A stretch of 64,000 nucleotides of DNA from Acetobacteraceae bacterium. GTDB lineage: Bacteria; Pseudomonadota; Alphaproteobacteria; Acetobacterales; Acetobacteraceae. Position 1 is the first letter of the stretch. Each line of letters opens with the position of its first letter. The stretch spans positions 15,118 to 79,117 of the forward strand of contig DATJLS010000060.1 of NCBI GenBank assembly GCA_035509315.1, read 5' to 3'. A program made the position numbers and the translations under genes. The notes under the pieces were generated by a model. That model was not told the origin of the DNA, did not search any database, and saw only the letters and a program-made list of their open reading frames with translations. This document shows positions 42,280 through 50,097 of the stretch, in pieces.

Positions 42280-43287
42280 ATGAGCCAGGGCACCTTGACG
42301 AGACCGGTGGAGGAAGAGGCTCAAGGAACGTTCCTGGCCGAGCTCAGGCATCGGCTGCCGCTCGAGACCTATGTGCTTGCGCTGACGGTTCTGGTCTGGG
42401 TGCTGCTTGCGATCGTGTCGCCCTATTTCTGGACCGAGGGCAATATCATCAACATCCTGCGCCAGGTCTCGATCGACGCGATCCTCGCTTTCGGCTCTCT
42501 CTTCCCGATCATCCTTGCCGGGATCGATCTTTCGGTGGGCTCGGTCGCCGGGCTGAGCGGCGTCGTCTTCAGCATGCTGATCGCGAATGCGGGACAGGGC
42601 TTGCTGGTAGCCTTCGTCCTGACCCTGGTGATGGGGATCGTGATCGGAATCGTCAATGGTTGGGCGATCGACCGGCTCGGCATTCCGCCCTTCATCGTCA
42701 CGCTCGCCGGCCTGCAGGGTTATCGGGGCCTGGCGCTGCTGCTTTCCGGAGGGATGACGATTTCGGGAATGCCTGCAGGACTGCAAGCCTTCTCGCTCTC
42801 TTCCGTGGCGCATGTGCCGACGCTCTTCCTGCTGATGGCCGTGATCGGGATTTGCGCGCACTTCCTGCTCGCCTATACGCGGCTCGGACGATACATGTAC
42901 GCGATCGGCAGCAATGCCGAGGCGGCGCGGCGAGTCGGGATTCGGGTGATCCATGTGACGACGATCGCCTATGCGCTGGCGGCCTTGTTCGCGACCATCT
43001 CCGGCCTGCTGCTTGTTGCCCGGCTCTCGATGGGCAGCCCGACGGCCGCAACCGGCTCGGAGCTGCAGGCGATCGCCGCGGCCGTGGTCGGCGGGGCGAG
43101 CCTGTTCGGCGGCCGAGGGACGATTCTGGGCTGCTTCATCGGCTCGCTGCTTTTCACGACCATCGGCAACGGGGCCAATCTGCTCGGGATCAATTCCTTC
43201 TGGCAGATGGTGATCGAAGGGCTGCTGATCGCCTTCGTGGTCTATTTCGACAATCTCCAGAAACGGCGTCAGGCGGGCATGGGCTAA
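42280..43287 (+). CDS. Sugar ABC transporter permease (RbsC-like)
   Basis: About 10 hydrophobic segments. AAVVGGASLFGGRGT motif typical of RbsC/AraH-type permeases. Confidence 0.8.
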   Translation: MSQGTLTRPVEEEAQGTFLAELRHRLPLETYVLALTVLVWVLLAIVSPYFWTEGNIINILRQVSIDAILAFGSLFPIILAGIDLSVGSVAGLSGVVFSMLIANAGQGLLVAFVLTLVMGIVIGIVNGWAIDRLGIPPFIVTLAGLQGYRGLALLLSGGMTISGMPAGLQAFSLSSVAHVPTLFLLMAVIGICAHFLLAYTRLGRYMYAIGSNAEAARRVGIRVIHVTTIAYALAALFATISGLLLVARLSMGSPTAATGSELQAIAAAVVGGASLFGGRGTILGCFIGSLLFTTIGNGANLLGINSFWQMVIEGLLIAFVVYFDNLQKRRQAGMG

Positions 43288-43349
43288 CCGGGATCGGTCG
43301 CTCCGGCGACCTTGCCGCCGGCCGGGGCATCGGCTAGACCCCGCCGCTG

Positions 43350-43426
43350 GCGCCCGTAGCTCAATTGGATAGAGCACCAGACTACGGATCTGGGGGTTGG
43401 GAGTTCGAATCTCTCCGGGCGCGCCA
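43350..43426 (+). tRNA. tRNA-Arg (anticodon ACG)
   Basis: Hand-folded cloverleaf: acceptor GCGCCCG/CGGGCGC, D arm GCTC-AATTGGATA-GAGC, anticodon arm CCAGA-CTACGGA-TCTGG, T arm GGGAG-TTCGAAT-CTCTC, encoded CCA. Confidence 0.9.
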
Positions 43427-43623
43427 ATCAAATCAATATCTTAGCCCCAAGACCAGTCATCCCAAATTTGATATTCTCAGCACTGTGTCAGCAAACTAAA
43501 CGCAGAATCCGTCTAACGAGTGAGGCATCGGAGTCATTTTCGCCCTTTCCTGGGTTGGTGGCGAGCGCACGCTTATTGCACAAAGTTCTTGATTTGTTCC
43601 TATCCGATCGGCACACTCTCCGC

Positions 43624-43857
43624 ATGCAAAACGATCTGGAACATCTCAAGCCCGCGACCCCGCAGGAGTTCGCCTATAGCCTCGCCTATGGTCTCAGGCG
43701 GGATAGCCGACGTCTTTTTCACCACGCCGATGAGCTGATGGCTCAGATCACGGCTGAGCATCTGGTGCGCTATCTCGATAGCGTCCGGCTTTGTGCTGAT
43801 GCGCAAGCCGCCGGTGCCCGAACCCGGCCTGATGCTGGCTCAGTCCAAGCCGGATAG
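43624..43857 (+). CDS. Hypothetical small protein (possibly frameshifted near its 3' end)
   Basis: MQNDLEHLKPATPQEFAYSLAYGLRRDSRRLFHHADELMAQITAEHLVRYLDS. A more conserved-looking tail, SGFVLMRKPP, is in the +1 frame from about 43783. Confidence 0.4.
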   Translation: MQNDLEHLKPATPQEFAYSLAYGLRRDSRRLFHHADELMAQITAEHLVRYLDSVRLCADAQAAGARTRPDAGSVQAG

Positions 43858-43895
43858 GACGTAAGCGGGTCAGCCAGGATTGGATGGGATGAGGC

Positions 43896-44057
43896 TCAAG
43901 AAAGGATGTGGAAGTCTTCGACCTCTTTAATCCATCCACGCACTTGCTCTGAAAAGCGATCTTGGCCCCTTTCTTTTTCTAGTTGCTCAGCCAGTGCTTT
44001 CCATTCTTCAACTTTACGTTTCAACCATTCATTAAATTCTTTCTGAGTTGTAAACAT
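43896..44057 (-). CDS. Hypothetical 53-aa protein in AT-rich patch
   Basis: ATG 44055-44057 is preceded by GGAGGGAAAG. Charged helical sequence MFTTQKEFNEWLKRKVEEWKALAEQLEKERG. Confidence 0.45.
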   Translation of the reverse strand: MFTTQKEFNEWLKRKVEEWKALAEQLEKERGQDRFSEQVRGWIKEVEDFHILS

Positions 44058-44733
44058 AGACTTTCCCTCCAAAGAGGCAGCACGAATTACAAAGAGCCCG
44101 ACTGCCTCTTTCGGAACAAAACCTTGCGGAACGATTTGAGTCAACGCAGCTCAGATTCAGATTTCATTGAATTAACAACAAATCAATAGAATGTTGCTGG
44201 TCAAGGAGTAGGTGGTTAATGAGCGCTCTGCACCCAAACGCTGAACCAATTCGGTCCGCCATACGCCTGATAGCGGGATAGCTCTAGGGCCGCCGCCTCA
44301 TGGCAGCTTCCCCCACTCTGACGATTGGTCGATCAGCCGCCGGAGGGCGGTCCCCCTCGGCAGTTGGCCCCAGGGTCCATTCCGGCCGCGGCGATACCCC
44401 CGATTTTCATGGCGGCATTGCGCATTGCATTCGCCGCGAAAGCGAGAGCGTGCCGCTCGATTTTCTGGTCCTGCGACAGCACATCCAAAGTTTCGGCGAG
44501 GCCGTGCAGTACGGTCACCCGCTTGCAGAGCTGCGTGGTGTCTCCGTCATGCTGGCACGGGTTGATCGGGAACTGGCCACTCGGCACCCGGGTCAATGGT
44601 CCGCTTGGAAACGTTACGGATAAACACCGATATCTCGGCGATCGCTCGCAGCCCAAGATGTCAAAGAGCTGCATTTCCCCGGCCGCAGCGCGCTCATGCG
44701 CTGACTGCGGGTAGCCCCGGACGATCTTTGCCT

Positions 44734-45618
44734 TCAGCCGGATTTCGGCCAGCGCCGGTGCAACCAAAGCCAGGATTCAGGATTCGCCCAGATCCAACGT
44801 TCCAATGCCGCATTCACCGCGCGCATCAATGCGGCAATATCAGCATGCCGGTCGCCGCTGTCGGGGAGTGTAAGCGGCTCCTCGCAGACGATGCGCAGCC
44901 GTGCCGAGCCCACGCGCTGTGCATAGAACGGGATCACGGGGCAGCGGAACCGCAATGCCAGCGCGGCCAGCGCCGGAGCCGTCATCGCCTTCCGACCGAA
45001 GAAATCCACGGCGATCCCGTCGTTCTGCTTCTGGTCAACCACGAGGCCCAGGCAGCCGCCACGACCAAGATGCGCCAGCGCGCTACGTGCCCCGGCCGCG
45101 CCTTTGGTGAACATTGGAATGCTGTCGCCCAATGCTTTTCGGCGCAAATCGCAGATGATGCGATCGACCGCCGGATTGGACGCCGGCCTGTACATCGGCG
45201 CGACGGGCACGCCCAGCGCAGCCGCGACCGCCGGTGCGATTTCCCAGTTTCCAAGATGGCCGGTGAAGAAAATTGCCGGGCCACCCCGCACTGTCTGAGC
45301 GTGCAAAATGTGCTCGCCCTCGATCTCCCACCCGGGTCCGCAAGGGGTGCGGTTCAGCACCGGCAGGTGCGGCAGCTCCCCCACGACGCGGCCGAGATTT
45401 TCCCACACGCCGCGGATGATCCGGCGGCGCGCAGCGGCATCCAGTTCCGGCATCGCGCGGCGCAGGTTGGCGTCGGCGACACGCGAGACAGCCAGCAATG
45501 GCCCGAATGCCCGTGTCACCCCGCCGCCGAAATCGGATGCCATCGCGGGGCCAAGTTTCCGCAATATTCCAAAGCCAGCACGAACGGCGGCCGTCTCAGC
45601 CCTTCGGGCCAGCGACAT
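44734..45618 (-). CDS. Lysophospholipid/lipid A (LpxL-like) acyltransferase family protein
   Basis: HX4E box FFTGHLGNWE, DQKQNDGIAVDFFG and C-terminal NPESWLWLHRRW typical of lauroyl/myristoyl acyltransferases. Confidence 0.75.
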   Translation of the reverse strand: MSLARRAETAAVRAGFGILRKLGPAMASDFGGGVTRAFGPLLAVSRVADANLRRAMPELDAAARRRIIRGVWENLGRVVGELPHLPVLNRTPCGPGWEIEGEHILHAQTVRGGPAIFFTGHLGNWEIAPAVAAALGVPVAPMYRPASNPAVDRIICDLRRKALGDSIPMFTKGAAGARSALAHLGRGGCLGLVVDQKQNDGIAVDFFGRKAMTAPALAALALRFRCPVIPFYAQRVGSARLRIVCEEPLTLPDSGDRHADIAALMRAVNAALERWIWANPESWLWLHRRWPKSG

Positions 45619-45917
45619 CGTGGACGATTCCTTCCCGTGCCGAAAAGAAGTATGAGCCGTTGTTGAGAAGTGCGCTATCGGGAATTGCGACCCAGAATGG
45701 GCCTCGGCACCGATCGGGCGCCCGACTTGCGGCCGACGCGGCGCTTGCGTGTGAAGGGCTGGAGCGTCAGCGACGAACCGGGTTGAGCGGCTATCGGGCG
45801 GTTGGCCGGGGACAGTCGGACCGAAGGCGAAATTTCACCATCGGGATCATGGTGCCGATCTTGGACGAGATGTTCTTGCTGGCGCCTCGTTGCCAGCCAT
45901 GCCATCGCGCCTGCGGC

Positions 45918-46124
45918 TCAAGCGGTTTTGAGGTTGGTTGCCGCGAGCTTGCCCTGCTGGCCGCGCTCGACATCGAAGCTGATCTTCTGGCCCTCGGTAA
46001 GGGTGCCGAGTCCGGCGCGCTCGACCGCCGAGATGTGGACGAAGACATCCTTCGAGCCGTCATCCGGCTGGATGAAGCCCTAGCCCTTCACGGGATTGAA
46101 CCATTTGACCGTGCCTTGCACCAT
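45918..46124 (-). pseudogene. Cold-shock protein (CspA family) gene with in-frame TAG at codon 15
   Basis: Reads [73 protein letters not shown]. The stop (46080-46082) replaces the conserved aromatic residue of KG[YF]GFI. Confidence 0.85.
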
Positions 46125-47432
46125 CGCATGTCTCCATGCGCCCGGCAGCCCGCGACATGCGAGCCGAAATGCTTTCCAAAGTGAGGACGCGCCGGAGGCG
46201 ACAGTGTCGCGGGAACAAGTACAAGCTACCCAGCCCGAAAAGTGCCGGTTCGCGACCATGCTATTTTTGGCGTCGGATTGCAAACGCAATGTCCGAGAAA
46301 AGAGAGGCCGCCTTTCTCGGAGCGCCCGTGCTGCCCTGGGGATCGGCCTGGAGCTGAGTCGGATCAGGGTTCCGCAGCGATCGGCAATGCCGAGGAGCCC
46401 GTTCCCGCCAAAGCGGGCCCACGCGCCCCTCGCCGGCGAAGGCTGCGAACGCCAGGGGGGCGCCCGCAGCCGGGGGTGGAAGGGCGTGGATCCACGGCCG
46501 CACACCCTGATGCCGGAGCTCCATAAGCTGCATCGAAGTGCTTCCCAGGCACGACCCAAGCCGCCTCAGCGGTTGAGAAGGACGTGCGCCGCAGGCTGCG
46601 AGGGACAGCTGCGATGGTCGAGAAACGGAGAGTGCGACAGGCGCTGGGCCGGGGAACGACCTGCGGCGCGTGTCAGTCCCTTACGAACAAAATCGGAACC
46701 ATTTCGATATCGTATAGTATAGAATTTTTGAGAGCCGATCAGCGTAGAGTCGGCCAGTCCAGTTTCCGACTTGTCGCACTTCTTCAGGATGGGCCTGGGC
46801 GCGGACTGCTTGTGTGGCAGCACGCACACGGTCTTCTCCTTCCGCTCAGGGCTGCAAAGAGTCTTTGGGCATCGCTTTCACCGGCTTCTTGCGGCGGTTG
46901 CCCCGCCTCCGATAGGGCTCATTTTTCCGGGAAAAAGCGGCGACCACCGCGGATCGCACGTGCACGAAAAGAAAGCGACGAGTCTAGAAAATCATCAATG
47001 CGCTGGCCTCTGCCATTGGCTCTAAGCCTGAGATCAGCCTTCCATGCCCGGCGCAATTGTCGGCCACAGAGCGGCAATGTTCCGGCAGCACGATTCCAGA
47101 ACCCTCATTCTCTGAGCTGTTGCGTTTGCATCGGGCCACACTTTGCGGGCACCGCCATCGACCGGGAAGCAAAGAAAATCCGGAGGCGTTCCTTGCTCCC
47201 GGAGAAAACCCCAGCCCCACTCTTGCAGGGTTGCCGGCACACAAGCGGCCGAATCTTCATCCGGGGAAAAGGAATTTTATAGCATCCACAAGGGTTTGGC
47301 CGGCTCGATCACGTTTCTGCAATAAAACTTCTGGTGGCACGCAGATCCCTTTCAGCGCAGGGATCCAGGGGTACTGACATTCTCCTGGTCGATCAGGCCC
47401 CGGGGTGTCGCCAACCTGCCGGGGCCGTTCCT

Positions 47433-47633
47433 TCATGCTTCAGAGACGAAACGACGTTCCTGAATGGTCAGGCGCCCGGTGCCTTTCTCCCACCGCCGAG
47501 GATTGCTGCAGCCTGGGCAACTGCATACTTTCGGCTGCTCCCGGAATCGCGCCATCGCCTTCGGATCATGCCAGCAGGGGCAGCCCAGATCGCCGTAGTG
47601 CTGGTTGCGGTCTTCGCTCAGCCGCCTGACCAT
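47433..47633 (-). CDS. Hypothetical Cys-rich small protein (CPC...CSCPGC)
   Basis: MVRRLSEDRNQHYGDLGCPCWHDPKAMARFREQPKVCSCPGCSNPRRWEKGTGRLTIQERR. Resembles small phage/island proteins from memory. Start uncertain (the track ORF extends to 47735). Confidence 0.4.
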   Translation of the reverse strand: MVRRLSEDRNQHYGDLGCPCWHDPKAMARFREQPKVCSCPGCSNPRRWEKGTGRLTIQERRFVSEA

Positions 47634-47682
47634 GTGGCGTGTCGCCTGGTGCCGGCGATAAGAACGCGGTCTCAAAGACTGC

Positions 47683-47850
47683 TCACTCCTCGACCCCCTG
47701 TTCTCGCTTGCCGGGCGCAAGGTCTTGCCGTGCATGGCGGCGGTAGCTTCCGGGACCCTTCTGTGCCTTCACGATGCGCTGGCGGTAGCGCGGATCGCGC
47801 AATGCTTTGGCGAGGGGGTTGCGGGGCCTGAGCACGGGTGATTTGGGCAT
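47683..47850 (-). CDS. ArfA-like alternative ribosome-rescue factor homologue
   Basis: RNPLAKALRDPRYRQRIVKAQKGPGSYRR aligns by eye with E. coli ArfA [30 protein letters not shown]. The ATG lies 2 nt after the higA stop. Confidence 0.55.
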   Translation of the reverse strand: MPKSPVLRPRNPLAKALRDPRYRQRIVKAQKGPGSYRRHARQDLAPGKREQGVEE

Positions 47851-47852
47851 GG

Positions 47853-48221
47853 TCAGAGTGCTTTCTGGTAAGCCGACGAGCCGCACGCCGAGTCTGCTGG
47901 CGATGCGATCTGATCTGTCGAGCGCCGGACGTTCCGCGGGTGCACGTCACGCGTGATCTCCGGGCCGCGTGCAGCCAGTGTGACCGAAAGGTCGCAGGCG
48001 GCCTGGAGGTTGAGCCAGAACTCGGGCGTGGTGCCGAAATAGCGGCCAAGCCGGATCGCGGTATCGGCCGATACGGCGCGCGGCTTCTCGGCGCAGAGGA
48101 TGTTCCCGATCCGGGTGGCTGGCACATGCAGCGCCAGGGCCAACGCATTGGCGCTGAGCCCGAGCGGCTTGATGAACTCCTCACGGAGTACCTCGCCGGG
48201 GTGAGTATGAAAGCGCGGCAT
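47853..48221 (-). CDS. higA: HigA-family antitoxin (XRE HTH)
   Basis: HPGEVLREEFIKPLGLSANALALALHVPATRIGNI...AIRLGRYFGTTPEFWLNLQAACDL. ATG 48219-48221 overlaps the stop of the higB remnant. Confidence 0.8.
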   Translation of the reverse strand: MPRFHTHPGEVLREEFIKPLGLSANALALALHVPATRIGNILCAEKPRAVSADTAIRLGRYFGTTPEFWLNLQAACDLSVTLAARGPEITRDVHPRNVRRSTDQIASPADSACGSSAYQKAL

Positions 48222-48343
48222 CACGGTCTCCTCAGTGAGGGTCGACATATCTCCACCTCATGGGCGCCTTCGTTCCACACAAAGCAGATACGCCACAGGT
48301 CGTCGATCCGGACACTATGCTGGTTCGCGCGGTCGCCCATTGC
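48221..48343 (-). pseudogene. higB toxin remnant (C-terminal ~40 codons only, with a 1-nt insertion near the end)
   Basis: GDRANQHSVRIDDLWRICFVWNEGAHEVEI matches the HigB/RelE C-terminus. Deleting one A in gagatAtgtcgac gives EIVDPH-TGA, followed by GGAGA 6 nt before the higA ATG. Confidence 0.7.
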
Positions 48344-49375
48344 CTGATGAGCCGTGGCGAGCGCCTCCCGCCGCGCATTGAGAACTTCCAGCGCCAAGGC
48401 GCGCAGGTGCAGCCGGCGGGGCTCACGGTTCTTCGTCATCTGGCGCGGCTGGCGCCACTCAGCCGCTGTCAAATCCAGGTGAGACCGCTCAAGCCGAACG
48501 GCATCGCCTCGCCGGCATGGGACGGCAATCAGGAATCGGGCGAGATCGCACCAGATTGGCTCAGCCTTGGCGTCCACCTTCCAGAGCCGCGCGAGCGCGG
48601 GCAATGTCAGATAGTGCGCGCATTGGGGAGGGGTCTTTGGCCTGCGGGCTCGGAAAATCTGGGCGCAAGGATTGGCCGGGACGTCGCCTGCGTCGTGACA
48701 CCAATCAAAAAAGCGTGATAGCGTTCCCAATCGGGTCCGCAGGTTGCTGACCCCGTGCATCGAGCGCGGCCGGCGAATGTCGGCTTCTCCGAGATCTCCG
48801 GCCGCCTTTTCCGTCGCATTGATGGCAGCGAGCGTGAGTCGCACCTGGACTGCTTCTTGGGCCCCATAGCGGGCTGAGAGACTGTTTGAGAATGCGCTGT
48901 GATGAGTCGGTTCGTTCCAAGTTGGGGGCGCCGCAGGCGCCGGACGACCACCACAGTCGCATTCTCAAACAGTCTCTGAGAGCGTGCCGGCGCCACCGCG
49001 CAGTCTGGGCCGGCGCTCAAGTGTCTTCTCGCAGTCCTGGACAAGCCGGTCGAGAATCGCCCTCTTCTTCCGTTCAGCCTTGGCTTCCTTCTCCGCCGCG
49101 AGGTCCTTGCCGCCTCTCACGTCCCCCCCCTTGAGGCACCTGGCCTCGGTACGGGCATCGCGGGCGAATGGCTCGCAGGCGCGCCAATTATCACCGTGCG
49201 ACTCGACCGGCGCTTTTTTCGTCCGCGGATCAATCCCGCGCGGGCGATCGTCGAAGACCCAGGCCATGCCGGTCGGGTTCACGATCGGCGCGAGCCCGAG
49301 GCAGTCTTTGTCGCGGTTGACATGACGCTGACCAGCAGCGCGTTGCCGCCATGCCGATTCCACAGTGCTCTTCAT
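48344..49375 (-). pseudogene. Tyrosine integrase, interrupted by a MITE and truncated within the catalytic domain
   Basis: N-terminal arm-type segment (48980-49375) and core/box-I segment (LIAVPCRRGDAVRLE...TKNREPRRLHL) are separated by the MITE at 48878-48976. The frame then runs straight into higB sequence. Confidence 0.75.
48878..48976. mobile_element. MITE family 1, copy c (99 bp, TGA target duplication) inside the integrase gene
   Basis: TIRs gagactgtttgagaatgcg / cgcattctcaaacagtctc are flanked by TGA. Removing 102 bp (element plus one TGA) rejoins ...GAGTLS to ARYGAQEAVQVRLTL... in frame. Confidence 0.9.
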
Positions 49376-49628
49376 GATCTTGACCGGCGGTTTGGTGATA
49401 GCCTGATTGTTGCATCAACCCGATGACGGAGCCGTTAACTCATTGATGCAGCGGTCACATCCGGGTGCCACGACGACAACGTCCTGTCGGCAACCCAGAA
49501 CAGGACATTGACAGGGCAAAAGATGCGTAGGCGAGCGGAAGCGGAATGCAGGCTCAAGGCTTGATTTACAACCCTTTTACGGAGCTGTGCGGAGGGCAGC
49601 GGAAACAGACGGAGATGGTGCCTCTGGG

Positions 49629-49674
49629 ACCACGGATCCGAGGGTCGGGAACGCGAATCTTCCCGGACGCGCCA
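49629..49674 (+). repeat. attR-like degenerate copy of the tRNA-Arg 3' half
   Basis: accacggatccgagggtcgggaacgcgaatcttcccggacgcgcca versus tRNA 43381-43426: about 37 of 46 positions identical by hand alignment. The T-arm pairing GGGAA/TTCCC is preserved. Confidence 0.7.
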
Positions 49675-49772
49675 TGAAATCAAAGACTTAGCAAAAATCA
49701 AGAACGGATCCCGGAAATCGGCTCTCGTTCGATCCTGCCCTTTCCGGGATAGCGAAGGGAAGGGAAACATCC

Positions 49773-49844
49773 ATGGCTTATCTCGTGATCGGCTTGATCG
49801 TCTTCATCGCGATCGGAACGTGGTTCAAGAAACTCGGCGTCTAA
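49773..49844 (+). CDS. Candidate 23-aa hydrophobic micro-protein
   Basis: ATG after AGGGAAGGGAAACATCC. Encodes MAYLVIGLIVFIAIGTWFKKLGV then TAA. Below the ORF-track length cut-off. Confidence 0.3.
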   Translation: MAYLVIGLIVFIAIGTWFKKLGV

Positions 49845-49847
49845 AAC

Positions 49848-49945
49848 GCGATCGCCAAAGGTGGCGTCGCCGGAGGCGTGAATCACGCGGGCAAACAAAT
49901 GGCGAGAGCGGGATGCGCTCCTTCACGCTTACCCATTCCGCTCTC
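49848..49945 (+). repeat. Repeat family 2, copy B
   Basis: gcgatcgccaaaggtggcgtcgccggaggcgtgaatcacgcgggcaaacaaatggcgagagcggg... shared core with the other copies. Confidence 0.75.
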
Positions 49946-50097
49946 GGACTTCTGACGATCGCGCGGGGGGACGGCACTGGACCGAACCCGCAAGCACTGT
50001 CAGGATAGCCGCGATACCATCCGAGACTCTTTCGTCCGACTTGGAAAGCAGACGGGCGTAAGCCGCGTCTGTGGCGGTCCCGCAGTGGAGGCCAAGC

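Larger units (their letters stand above)
43427..49674. mobile_element. Decayed tRNA-Arg-associated integrative genomic island
   Basis: Begins at the tRNA 3' end and ends at a degenerate copy of the tRNA 3' half (49629-49674), next to an integrase pseudogene. Contains AT-rich patches, TA remnants and pseudogenes. Confidence 0.7.

Noticed and set aside
44333-44767. 144-aa minus-strand ORF downstream of the acyltransferase
   Set aside because: It overlaps the acyltransferase 3' end, has no SD-linked start and no recognisable motif. It may be island debris, so it was not called as a gene.
46566-46829. 87-aa ORF with a strong AAGGAGA SD before its GTG start
   Set aside because: The protein sequence is compositionally odd (Cys/Pro/Ser/Arg-rich, no structure-like pattern) and lies in a decayed AT-rich patch. 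The SD may be a relic of a lost gene.
49629-49674. A second tRNA gene
   Set aside because: Only the anticodon-loop-to-CCA half is present. No acceptor 5' strand or D arm can be drawn upstream, so it is interpreted as an att-site relic.
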